A DNA stretch of 54,545 bases, from positions 1 to 54,545 of IMG/VR virus record IMGVR_UViG_3300014508_000071; one strand, 5' to 3'. Made by a program: the position numbers and the translations under genes. The stretch's first letter is position 1, and each line of letters starts with the position of its first letter. Below are positions 27,247 through 36,511 of the stretch, piece by piece. The notes under the pieces were generated by a model. The model was not told the origin of the DNA. It worked only from the letters and a program-made list of their open reading frames with translations, and did not search any database. The DNA is from a virus. Taxonomy: Duplodnaviria; Caudoviricetes.

Positions 27247-27531
27247 TTATTTGTATTCAAAATATGTATACTCTACATAATTGAATTCATTCCTTCTCTC
27301 TACGACTGATGCTTTTAGTTTATCTGATATGATCAGCATGTGGCAAAAATCGTCTTTCTGTTGTATCTCCCGCCTCTCAACAAAAGATTTTGGGTGAGAT
27401 GGGTTGATACCCATATTGTCAATAACCTCCTTAAAAAAGACCCCAACAAGGTCTTTTGGCTCTCCTCCCGTAATATAAACTTCTTGTCTCAAAAGGTAAA
27501 ATAGATAACTGCTGCGACAAGTATCAACCAA
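27247..27531 (-). CDS. hypothetical protein
   Basis: 94-aa ORF; start uncertain. Confidence 0.45.
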   Translation of the reverse strand: MVDTCRSSYLFYLLRQEVYITGGEPKDLVGVFFKEVIDNMGINPSHPKSFVERREIQQKDDFCHMLIISDKLKASVVERRNEFNYVEYTYFEYK

Positions 27532-27646
27532 ACCGCTATTTTACCCCAAGATATTCTATAGATTCTCCAGCTTTTAAAACCATGACCAATGATGCCATTA
27601 TTTCCTGAACTAGATAATTCCATGAAAAGTGTTCTCAAAATTTTCT

Positions 27647-28105
27647 TCATAACTCTTTCGCAATATATCTCTCAGCTCCGTGAGAATCGATTTTCTGAAT
27701 CGCTCTTACGGCTGAAGATGAAATATGTTCTAAACTTTTATCACAAAGCAAGAACATTACTTTGATTTCAGGTTTGTAATCTCGAATAAAAGCTAGCTGG
27801 TTTTGTTCATACTGAAGATCAGCTCCATTCCTTAAGCCTCTAACTAAAGTAACGTCATAACCATCTTTTTCTAATTTTGTCACAAAGTCGTGGAGAAATC
27901 CATCATAAGAACCAACATTCATACTTGGATTGTTATTTTTAATCTCTTTCTCTCTAGCAAAGTCAAGATTCTTCTTCTCTGGGTTTTTACCCAAAGCCAG
28001 AAGAACATTTCCTTCACCAAAAATTGCTTCGGCTTGATCATAAATGTTTTTATGCCCAATAGTTAAAGGGTTAAATGAACCCGCAAATATCGCTACTCTT
28101 TTCAT
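27647..28105 (-). CDS. coaD: phosphopantetheine adenylyltransferase
   Basis: AIFAGSFNPLTIGH, NPEK, VRGLRNGADLQYE, ISSSAVR. Confidence 0.9.
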   Translation of the reverse strand: MKRVAIFAGSFNPLTIGHKNIYDQAEAIFGEGNVLLALGKNPEKKNLDFAREKEIKNNNPSMNVGSYDGFLHDFVTKLEKDGYDVTLVRGLRNGADLQYEQNQLAFIRDYKPEIKVMFLLCDKSLEHISSSAVRAIQKIDSHGAERYIAKEL

Positions 28106-28120
28106 AGTCTCAAAGATACA

Positions 28121-28148
28121 AAAAAAAAGGGACACTTCCGCATCCCTT
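28121..28148 (-). terminator. intrinsic terminator
   Basis: minus strand AAGGGATGC-GGAA-GTGTCCCTT plus T run. Confidence 0.7.
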
Positions 28149-28172
28149 CCCTTTTATATAAAAGTATTTATC

Positions 28173-28487
28173 TTATCCTTGATCGAATTCAATATTCACA
28201 AATTCCTCAAGAAGGACATCATAAGTAACATAGCAAGATGACCAAGAGCTTTGGTTATTACTTTCATTAGCATCGTTATGACTGTAACCGAAACAGAAAT
28301 GAATTTCCTTCTCTCCAAACTCACATTCATCAATCTCTAACTCGAATTTTTCAAATTCATTATACCTGAACTCTAATAGTTTCCTAAAATGATCAGCTTC
28401 ATACTTATGATCTTCAAGAGTCTTTTCGTTTTCTCGGAACAAATCCAAGAACATCTGATTGAAATCTATGTACTTTTTGAACTCCAT
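28173..28487 (-). CDS. acidic hypothetical protein
   Basis: 104-aa ORF. Confidence 0.65.
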   Translation of the reverse strand: MEFKKYIDFNQMFLDLFRENEKTLEDHKYEADHFRKLLEFRYNEFEKFELEIDECEFGEKEIHFCFGYSHNDANESNNQSSWSSCYVTYDVLLEEFVNIEFDQG

Positions 28488-28490
28488 AGC

Positions 28491-29276
28491 TTACTCTTTT
28501 TCAGCCCAAGTTTTCCATTCCATATCAGCCAAAGGTGAAGGAGTGAAACTTTTTGCTCTTGAAATAACATGGTCAATCGCACCATATGCCTTTGCTTCCT
28601 CAGCTCTTAACCAGTGATCTCTATCACAATCAGCGAAGATTGTTCCGATATCCTGACCAGTATGGTGTGCAATAATTTCATAAAGCTCAAACTTAAGCTT
28701 TTGTATTTCCTTATTGGTATTCTGAATGTCCGTTGCCTGACCATTAGCTCCTCCCATAGGTTGATGCTGCATAAGTCTTGAATATGGAAGAGCATATCTC
28801 TTTCCGTTCTCTCCTGCAATAGCTAAAACGTAAGCCATAGAAGCTGCCATTCCAGTTGTGGTTGTGGATACATCACAAGCAATTTCTTGCATTGTAGAGT
28901 AGATGGAGAGTCCATCATACACCGAACCACCGGGTGAGTTGATATAGATATCAATATCTTCTGATTTGTCTGTCTTTTCTAAATATAGAAGCTGAGACAA
29001 AACAATATTTGCAATCTGAGAATCAATCCCGTATCCTAAGAAAATGATCCTGTCTCTCATCAAACGTGAGAAAACATCGATCACAGCCATGTTTTTTGGG
29101 TTCTCCTCAATTACGTTTGGAGTCATGCCCATGATTCCATCCTTATGGGATATAATCTGGTGAGCATTGTTCATTTGGAGTCCTTGAAACCTCTCCATCC
29201 ATTTAATGTAGTCTTCAGCCTCGGATTTTGTAACCCCGTTAATCGACTGAATGAACTTTAGATAATCATTCATCAT
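28491..29276 (-). CDS. clpP: ATP-dependent Clp protease proteolytic subunit
   Basis: IDVFSRLMRDRIIFLG, YINSPGGSV, GMAASMA, MQHQP, DRDHW; start set at MMNDY, approximate. Confidence 0.93.
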   Translation of the reverse strand: MMNDYLKFIQSINGVTKSEAEDYIKWMERFQGLQMNNAHQIISHKDGIMGMTPNVIEENPKNMAVIDVFSRLMRDRIIFLGYGIDSQIANIVLSQLLYLEKTDKSEDIDIYINSPGGSVYDGLSIYSTMQEIACDVSTTTTGMAASMAYVLAIAGENGKRYALPYSRLMQHQPMGGANGQATDIQNTNKEIQKLKFELYEIIAHHTGQDIGTIFADCDRDHWLRAEEAKAYGAIDHVISRAKSFTPSPLADMEWKTWAEKE

Positions 29277-30120
29277 GTTGAAAATATATTTTATAGTGAA
29301 ATAATAAACTCTTTTTCTCTTTAACCATATCAGCAATACTTTCAGCATGCTTTAGGTTCTCTTTCATTTTTGGCACTTCATTTTCAAAATGATGATAGAT
29401 GAAAGTGCTAGGGTTGTCGCAATCCAAGTAATAAGCATGCGGAATTACTTTATGTGTTTCTTCCGTAAACTGATATGTACCTGCATCTTGGAATATAACC
29501 ATTTCCTTCTTCTCTAGGAGCTTCTTATCCAATTCTAGGAACTCAGTGACATCTACGCCTAAATCCCCCGAAAATACCACCTTAAAATCAGTCTCAAGCA
29601 ATGTGAGAATAAAACCTGAAGTAGGAAGTTTGGGGAAATGTAAATCAGTAGTGTTGAAGTGATCCAATTGGAGTGATGGGAAATCTTTAGAAAAATCTTC
29701 CTCCCAGTAATGGTCTAATTGAAATTGCTCATACTCATGATTACAAACAGTAATCAAGTATGTCGTTAATTGATGGCTGATTGCTGGATGACAAAGAAGT
29801 TTTAATTTCTTCTTATGGATAAACCAGTTCTCATATATCAATGTAGACAATGATCCTATATGATCCTCGTGAGTGTGAGTAATATAAACCCAGTCAATTA
29901 GATCGGTTAAACCCCGCTCCCGAAGTTCTCTGTAAACCAAAGACCCGCAATCTACTAAAAGATTTTTCTTACTTTTCAAATCTCTAACTAGAAAGCTGGA
30001 ATTACCTTCAACAGTTGAAAACGCCCCACCATAACCTAGAGGGGTTATTAGCATGAAGTTGTTCGCATAGCGAGAAATATCCTTAATGTCACTGCTAGTA
30101 ATTGAGTGTGTAATTTGCAT
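29266..30120 (-). CDS. MBL-fold metallo-hydrolase (RNase Z/BN-like)
   Basis: LGYGGAF, LLVDCG, THTHEDH, FSGD. Confidence 0.85.
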   Translation of the reverse strand: MQITHSITSSDIKDISRYANNFMLITPLGYGGAFSTVEGNSSFLVRDLKSKKNLLVDCGSLVYRELRERGLTDLIDWVYITHTHEDHIGSLSTLIYENWFIHKKKLKLLCHPAISHQLTTYLITVCNHEYEQFQLDHYWEEDFSKDFPSLQLDHFNTTDLHFPKLPTSGFILTLLETDFKVVFSGDLGVDVTEFLELDKKLLEKKEMVIFQDAGTYQFTEETHKVIPHAYYLDCDNPSTFIYHHFENEVPKMKENLKHAESIADMVKEKKSLLFHYKIYFQHDE

Positions 30121-30144
30121 GACACAAATATAACACTTTTATTT

Positions 30145-30663
30145 CTAACGAGCAATGCCTTTTGATAAAAGATTGTGAAAATAATCTGAAGAAATTCGGT
30201 TGTGTTCATTAGGGCTTCCGATAGTCATGTGCATACCAAAGAAGGGGCGACCCAAGCCTAATTCAGACCTAATCGCCTGAAGCTCAGCTCGATCTTCCTC
30301 CACCACAGGTAGCCACCAAAAAGCGCCATTTGTACAACAATCTAAATCGATATTTAAATTTACTTTTATTCCATTATACTTTTTCTTTACCTCTTTCCAT
30401 AGAGCTTCAGATTCAGTACGAGAATTTCCAGATATGTCTTTAATATGATCATTTATGAAAGTCACATGAGCGCCTCTTATTGACCTATTTAAATCAAATC
30501 CATATCTTTTTTTTATAAACCAAGAATAATATTCACAAACATCCGAACCAATTTTAACATATGCAATTTTCTTCCAAGAATCTTGCTTCAAGTGTTTATT
30601 TGTTTTATTAATTGGGTCAAAAACTATTTCCCCACTATATATAATTGTATTATCTGCCACCAT
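30145..30663 (-). CDS. 2H phosphoesterase-like protein
   Basis: two HxT motifs, GAHVTF and GMHMTIG; start set at MVADN. Confidence 0.65.
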   Translation of the reverse strand: MVADNTIIYSGEIVFDPINKTNKHLKQDSWKKIAYVKIGSDVCEYYSWFIKKRYGFDLNRSIRGAHVTFINDHIKDISGNSRTESEALWKEVKKKYNGIKVNLNIDLDCCTNGAFWWLPVVEEDRAELQAIRSELGLGRPFFGMHMTIGSPNEHNRISSDYFHNLLSKGIAR

Positions 30664-30700
30664 TAGTACGTAAAAATTTAAAAACAAATATAATAAAAAA

Positions 30701-31402
30701 ATGATTAAAAAGTGCAATAAATGTAATCAAAATAAAAATGTGTCACACTTTCATAAGCTTAAAAAATCTAAAGATGGTTATAGATCACAATGTAAAGAAT
30801 GTAGAAAAAAAGACACAAAAAAATATAGAGATATAAATAAAGAAACATTAAACGAAAAACAAAAAAAATACTACCAAGATAATAAAGAAAAGGTGTTAGA
30901 ATATCAAAAAAAGTATTCGCTATATAATAAAGAAGAAATTAAAAACAGAAGAAAAATATATAGAAATAATAATAAAGAAATAATAAAGAGAAAAAAGAAA
31001 AAATATTATCAAGATAATAAAGAAAAAATTCAAAAGTACCAAAACAACTGGGTTAAAACAAAAAAAGAAACTGATTCTTTATTTGCTCTAAAAATATCAA
31101 TTAGAAGTTCTATTTCAAATTCTTTTAGAAATAATGGATTTTCTAAAAGATTAATAACAGAAGAAATTCTAGGATGTAATTTTGAAGAGTTTAAAGTACA
31201 TTTAGAAAATCAATTTGATAGTTGGATGAATTGGGAAAATAAAGGATTGTTTAATGGTAAAGAAAAATATGGATGGGATATTGATCATATAAAACCACTA
31301 AACAATGCTGCTAATAAAAAAGAATTAATTGAGTTAAATCATTTTTCAAACCTACAACCCCTATGCTCTTACTATAATAGGCATATAAAATGGAAAAATT
31401 AA
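30701..31402 (+). CDS. HNH homing endonuclease with N-terminal zinc finger
   Basis: CNKC..CKEC, YYQDNKEK repeats, WDIDHIKP...NHFSNLQPLC..N; very AT-rich, opposite strand to neighbours. Confidence 0.85.
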   Translation: MIKKCNKCNQNKNVSHFHKLKKSKDGYRSQCKECRKKDTKKYRDINKETLNEKQKKYYQDNKEKVLEYQKKYSLYNKEEIKNRRKIYRNNNKEIIKRKKKKYYQDNKEKIQKYQNNWVKTKKETDSLFALKISIRSSISNSFRNNGFSKRLITEEILGCNFEEFKVHLENQFDSWMNWENKGLFNGKEKYGWDIDHIKPLNNAANKKELIELNHFSNLQPLCSYYNRHIKWKN

Positions 31403-32275
31403 TTATGCTTCTTCTAACTTTGATAATTTTTCACGAATGACTTGAGAAACAATTTTATTGTCAGCCTTACCAGCATAAGCCTTAGTAAATGCTCCCATAA
31501 CTTTACCCATATCTCTAGCAGATGATGCTACAGTAGAAACAATCAAGTCAGATACAGCTATTTCAATTTCCTCTTGACTCATTTGAGTAGGAAGGAATAC
31601 ATTCAATATTTCGATCTCTTGTTTGTTTTGTTCTGAATCAACCACAGAAAGGTTCTTAACCATTCTCTTGATAGTTTCAAGTACAACCTTATCGTTTGGA
31701 GCTTCTTTAACACCATCAACAATCTTCGGTCTGAAATTAGGGTTTCTATCGATCTCTCCAATAGTGGTGTCGATGATTCCTTTTTTCAATGTATTTTTTT
31801 CTCTAAGAGCGTTCATTTTCTCTGCTCTTAATTGTTCGATTAGTGTTTTCATTTTCTTCTTATTTTCAAATGTTTGTAATTGTTCTTTTATAAAATTCAT
31901 CCCAAATTGATCAATTAACTCGGATAAATGTTGTTTAAGGTATATCTCTTCTAATTCCATTCCGACCCACTCTAGCGAGTGTCTCATTTTAGTAATAGAA
32001 ACCTTAAGGTCTTTTCTGTCGCTATCAATGACTTTATAACCACCAAAAATGATAGTCTTTCTATCATCAGTGTAGTCCAAATTGAGTAATAAATAGGTTT
32101 TATTTCTCGTTACCAAAAACCCATGATCAGATAACAAGTCAAACTCACTAACATGACCAATCTTTAAATCGTTCCACCTTGTTTCCAATTCTTCTTCTGG
32201 AATATCTTCATCAGGATTCTTATCATAATAAAGATAGTAAGATTTACCCGCCACATATAGCCTTCCCATTCCCAT
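31403..32275 (-). CDS. GatB/YqeY domain protein with unknown N-terminal extension (internal ATG at 31852)
   Basis: EIEILNVFLPTQMSQEEI...RDMGKVMG...GKADNKIVSQVIR. Confidence 0.85.
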   Translation of the reverse strand: MGMGRLYVAGKSYYLYYDKNPDEDIPEEELETRWNDLKIGHVSEFDLLSDHGFLVTRNKTYLLLNLDYTDDRKTIIFGGYKVIDSDRKDLKVSITKMRHSLEWVGMELEEIYLKQHLSELIDQFGMNFIKEQLQTFENKKKMKTLIEQLRAEKMNALREKNTLKKGIIDTTIGEIDRNPNFRPKIVDGVKEAPNDKVVLETIKRMVKNLSVVDSEQNKQEIEILNVFLPTQMSQEEIEIAVSDLIVSTVASSARDMGKVMGAFTKAYAGKADNKIVSQVIREKLSKLEEA

Positions 32276-33447
32276 TAGGCTTCTCCTTTTGGGTTCTGAA
32301 AGAAATTAATTGCCAAGCTAACTAATTTAGATTTAACTTCATTATCCAACTCAGGCATCTTATCATCAATGTATTCATGAAATCCACGCTTCTTATATTC
32401 GATGGTTTTAACAATCTCTTGACTGTCATTTATCACCCAAGAAGCAATTGAATCATTCTGCTTAAATAAAAGGTCTCTTTGCTCAATCTCTTCCTGAAGA
32501 ATATTCTTCTTCAATTCTAAGTAAACTTTACTTCCTTCAACTCCAACAAGATTTTGACTGACAATATTATTGTCGCTATCGCTTATTTCTCGGATAACTA
32601 CTCCATTTTTTTTCTCCTCCATAAAGATTGTATCTTTAACCTCTATGCCAGTTAATCTTTGCCACTTATAAACTTCCTCCATAAGATCACTATAATGCGG
32701 AACATCCACACCTTGAACCTGATATTCAGAAAATTCAGAGAGATCAACAATCAACTCATCGTGAGAAACAAAGACGAAATCTTTATCCTGAATGAATATA
32801 CTAGACGCTCCTTCAAAATGATTCCACTCTTCAGGTTTGTTTTCCTTAGGTATACCTTGTTTGTTTAAGAAGTTTCTAAGATTCCAAATATAATGCTTTT
32901 GAATCTTAGCTAACATCTTTGGGTTAGTGTTCCCAAAAACATACTGTCGGAAGGATTTACTTCTAGCTAAAAAAGGATGAACGTTTTGATTAACTAAATT
33001 CAATCCCCATTCAGATGAAAACTCACCTTCTTGATCAAAATTCTTAATCATTGAGAAATTTGCCTTAGTGAAATCTAAAGAAACACAAGCTTTACCATAC
33101 ATTTGCTTACGGTGGTCTCGACTTTGGAAATCTTGCTTTCCAAGTCCAGAAGCAAAACCTTCAGCTCTACTGTAGGCTTTCGTTCCTTTAATAAACTCAA
33201 CCATTTTTGGAAGAGCATAGTCCAACTTGTACTTTACAACATTATCATATTCAGTCTCCTCTTTAACAAAGCGAACATAATCATTGAAAATCTCAATATC
33301 CTCATATACAAACCTATTCATGCCAGAGCGATAAATCAGATCGATGTAATAATCGAAATGTTCATACATAGGTATACTGATCTTAAAGAGTTTACAAAAC
33401 TCTCTAATATCAATCATATTGACGATTGTTGGTTTAACTTGTTTCAT
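32275..33447 (-). CDS. hypothetical protein with family-A polymerase-like acidic motifs
   Basis: CVSLDFTKANF and FVSHDELIVD; function unverified. Confidence 0.55.
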   Translation of the reverse strand: MKQVKPTIVNMIDIREFCKLFKISIPMYEHFDYYIDLIYRSGMNRFVYEDIEIFNDYVRFVKEETEYDNVVKYKLDYALPKMVEFIKGTKAYSRAEGFASGLGKQDFQSRDHRKQMYGKACVSLDFTKANFSMIKNFDQEGEFSSEWGLNLVNQNVHPFLARSKSFRQYVFGNTNPKMLAKIQKHYIWNLRNFLNKQGIPKENKPEEWNHFEGASSIFIQDKDFVFVSHDELIVDLSEFSEYQVQGVDVPHYSDLMEEVYKWQRLTGIEVKDTIFMEEKKNGVVIREISDSDNNIVSQNLVGVEGSKVYLELKKNILQEEIEQRDLLFKQNDSIASWVINDSQEIVKTIEYKKRGFHEYIDDKMPELDNEVKSKLVSLAINFFQNPKGEA

Positions 33448-33624
33448 ATCAATCTAACTCTTCCTCTTCTATTTCGTTGGCTTTAACAATATTGGATTCA
33501 CTTAAAAAGTAGTGAATATCACCCATGCTGTCTTTAGTATTCAAGTAATTTTGAACCTCTTCTAGTGTAAACGTAGTTCCTTCAGTTTCTCAATTAGTTC
33601 TTCAGCCTGTTTTTCTGGGGTCAT
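33448..33624 (-). pseudogene. frame-disrupted small ORF or deletion scar
   Basis: ATG frame (MTPEKQAEELIEK...) stops after 20 codons; a startless second frame ETEGTTFTLEEVQNY...EEEELD* runs to the next gene; left end approximate. Confidence 0.4.
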
Positions 33625-34241
33625 CGTTTTGCGTTTAAAATTTGCTTATACAGTCTAGCGGTGTTATAAGCATCCGAAAGACCTGAGTGAGCCTGACCTT
33701 TAAACTCCATCCCCATTGCCTGAATTGCATAGCCCAATGAAGGATTGTGGTTTGTCAACGAAAGTTCACGAGTGTACTTCGACAAAAATAAATCCTTAAC
33801 ATTAGCATGTCCAATATGCATTGGATTGTCTAGACCATAAAACTTGCAGTCATTGTAGATAAAACTACGGTCTTCTTGACCCCAAGACAACCAAAGACGG
33901 CTGTTTGATTCGTGGCGCTTCCAAAGTCTTCTCATAGCTTCCTCAATAGACATACCTTTCTCGTCAAGAATCTCTTGAGTGATTCCAGTCAAGTCAGTGC
34001 AATAATCAGAAATTTCAGCATTCTGAGGCTTGATATAAATACTCTCTTTGGCTTCTACTGATAAACTGAAGAAGTCATAAGTAGCAACACCAATCTCGAT
34101 GATATCCATTCTCTGACCTTTAGGAACTCTCTTTCCTTCCCAACAAGCGCACTCTAGATCAATGATCAATGCTTTGTCACGCTTCTCTTTAAGGATGTTA
34201 ATGTTGGAGCCGATTTTATTGACCAATAAATTTTCACTCAT
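33621..34241 (-). CDS. DEDDh exonuclease (ERI-1/KapD-like)
   Basis: IIDLECACW, DIIEIG, LTGIT, SWG..D, AHSGLSDAYNTA. Confidence 0.88.
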   Translation of the reverse strand: MSENLLVNKIGSNINILKEKRDKALIIDLECACWEGKRVPKGQRMDIIEIGVATYDFFSLSVEAKESIYIKPQNAEISDYCTDLTGITQEILDEKGMSIEEAMRRLWKRHESNSRLWLSWGQEDRSFIYNDCKFYGLDNPMHIGHANVKDLFLSKYTRELSLTNHNPSLGYAIQAMGMEFKGQAHSGLSDAYNTARLYKQILNAKR

Positions 34242-34446
34242 TGTAATCTATATTATCTATTGCAAAAGAGATTGTTTGATCAAAATCATTCTGAACACAT
34301 TCTTGAATGTACTCATCTCTTTCTTTATCGTTCATTTCTTCCCACTCCTCTTGACCTAAATCATCAAAAGGACGTACTGTTGTGGTTTGAGGTCTTGACT
34401 TACCAACATAACCATCTTCTACTTGCCAATGTATTTTTATTTCCAT
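34234..34446 (-). CDS. small acidic phage protein
   Basis: 70-aa ORF with overlapping start/stop. Confidence 0.6.
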   Translation of the reverse strand: MEIKIHWQVEDGYVGKSRPQTTTVRPFDDLGQEEWEEMNDKERDEYIQECVQNDFDQTISFAIDNIDYNE

Positions 34447-35621
34447 TATTGCTCTAATTTTAGAAACTCATTTGTATCTTCAAAGGAATAGTTTTCATTC
34501 ATTCCCATATAAACATCATTTCTGATATTTCCTACCAAATCAATCACAAGATTGTTTGGAACCGCATCTGGAAGGTCACTCAATTGGAAATTAGCTTTCA
34601 TTTCTCCAATCTTCAATTCACCCCATTCAGCAATAGATTCTAAATCTCTCTCGCCTCTTCGGATTGAAATAAGCTCTTCCGCATTATGTCTTCGGATATT
34701 GATCCCCTTTCCTTCAGAAATTTCTTCAGCGATCTGAATCAATCTAACCAAGTGAAGAATGTTCTTTCCATCAATCTTTTGATCATGACCCTTTACCTCA
34801 ACCCATCTAGCTTCATTTCGGTTCTCAACCCAATCTTGATATCTCTTATAGTCTTTGCAGTGAGTACTGTAAGCATCCTTGTCATAAAGCATGGTAGCTA
34901 TAGGCAAAACATCTTTCTCAATAGATGAAACACGAACATCAGCAGCACCCTCTTTATAAACTCCCCTATAACCAATATCTCCTTCGCAATCGTAGAACAT
35001 TGAGTACATTCCTTTCATATGAGGAATATTAACCAACCCAATTCTTTCTTGCATAAGATTCTGAACCTCCAAATACTTATGAAGCTTCAACGACCCTTGA
35101 CCGTAAGTTACCCAACAAAAATCCATTGGAGTCTTTCGAAGCACTCGGTTCTTCTCCCAGTTCTGCATCTTTTCTTGACCTTTGGCTTTAGAAAGTTGTT
35201 GACTGGCATAACCAGCAAAAGCTTTCTCAGCAACTTTGGTGATAAACTGCTCCTTAACATTCAATAGACGCTGAAAAGCAGAAGAATTTGAAATATAACA
35301 ATCCTTCGGAGTAAATAAGAACTCTAAAATGGTTGGATTGTTTGACTGAGCTTGTAGAATAAAAGAACCAATCTCTTTTCCAACATAGTCGGGAGAAAGC
35401 CTTAACTCTTGTTGATAAAGCTCTTGGTGAAACATTAACCACTCTTGAGGAGCGCAGAACACAAAGCCTTTATCGACATCAGAAGTTTCTATAGCAGTGC
35501 CATGTGCTTGAGAACCAATAACAGTCTCAAACAAGATAAGCCCTCTACTTTTTAAATCATTGTAGATGACCCGATCTCTAGCATAGCGCTTTTCATTTTT
35601 TACTTTTTCTTCCTCGGTCAT
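34446..35621 (-). CDS. Pol-beta-type nucleotidyltransferase (YcgL/RlaP-like)
   Basis: GSQAHGT...SDVD, NNPTILEFL, DGKNILHLVRL, LISIRRGE. Confidence 0.8.
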   Translation of the reverse strand: MTEEEKVKNEKRYARDRVIYNDLKSRGLILFETVIGSQAHGTAIETSDVDKGFVFCAPQEWLMFHQELYQQELRLSPDYVGKEIGSFILQAQSNNPTILEFLFTPKDCYISNSSAFQRLLNVKEQFITKVAEKAFAGYASQQLSKAKGQEKMQNWEKNRVLRKTPMDFCWVTYGQGSLKLHKYLEVQNLMQERIGLVNIPHMKGMYSMFYDCEGDIGYRGVYKEGAADVRVSSIEKDVLPIATMLYDKDAYSTHCKDYKRYQDWVENRNEARWVEVKGHDQKIDGKNILHLVRLIQIAEEISEGKGINIRRHNAEELISIRRGERDLESIAEWGELKIGEMKANFQLSDLPDAVPNNLVIDLVGNIRNDVYMGMNENYSFEDTNEFLKLEQ

Positions 35622-35627
35622 AATTGG

Positions 35628-36452
35628 TTAACGTATTAAATGGTAATTTGTTTCAGCATCAACAGACGTAGTGAAACGAACCCCAGCAGCTTTTGCATCA
35701 TCGTAGATTGACTGCGCACGATCCATAACTTCAGGAACCGTACCTACACTACTCATACAATCATCCAAAACAATGATCTTAGAGGCAAGTTGAGGAGCAA
35801 TTTCCAATGCTTGCTTAAGCGTGTTAACTACACAGTAGTCTCTAGCTTGTCCGCAAAGGTAAACGTTTTCAAACTCACTCAAAAGAGAAAGGAATCTAGT
35901 ATTTGCTTGTGTTGATTGATCGCCTTCCATCGGTACGTTAGCTCTGAAAGCTCCGAAGTGTTCTGTGTAAGGATTTGATCCTTTGGCAACCTTTTGTTTC
36001 CAAGTTTTGTGTTCAAGCTCCCAAGACTCAACCGCTTGGCGAATGTCATCTTGAAGTGACCAGCCTGTTCGACCTACAACGCAATGCTCAGGCCAGATGA
36101 AGTGTGGAAATTCTCCATTTGCTTCGAGATTTTGAACGTAATCTCTTGATCTCTTAGGGTCTTTGTTGGCGAAGTAAACTCCGTTGTCAATATCCGCTAG
36201 AGTGATCATTGTAAAAGGGTTAATTGAATCCCCATTTGCTTGTTTCCACCACGCAGGGTGTGAGATATCCATGACATCGTGAGAATCAAGTGTCATCGCA
36301 ATCAAGTCGATTTCATCGCTGTTTCTCAAAATAAAGTCAGCTGTACGCTGAGAATCTTCTACGGCTCCTGTAACAAACAAAGCGCCATCTGGATCGCAAA
36401 AATCTTTTTGTGCATCGATAATAACGAGTGCATTCTTTTTTCTTTTGCTCAT
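35628..36452 (-). CDS. nicotinamidase / isochorismatase-family hydrolase
   Basis: IIDAQKDF, DSH, WPEHC, KG, GQARDYCV. Confidence 0.85.
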   Translation of the reverse strand: MSKRKKNALVIIDAQKDFCDPDGALFVTGAVEDSQRTADFILRNSDEIDLIAMTLDSHDVMDISHPAWWKQANGDSINPFTMITLADIDNGVYFANKDPKRSRDYVQNLEANGEFPHFIWPEHCVVGRTGWSLQDDIRQAVESWELEHKTWKQKVAKGSNPYTEHFGAFRANVPMEGDQSTQANTRFLSLLSEFENVYLCGQARDYCVVNTLKQALEIAPQLASKIIVLDDCMSSVGTVPEVMDRAQSIYDDAKAAGVRFTTSVDAETNYHLIR

Positions 36453-36511
36453 AGTGTATGAATTATGAATTTATATTTTGTGTTTTCTGACTTCAGATGT
36501 ACAACATTTTT

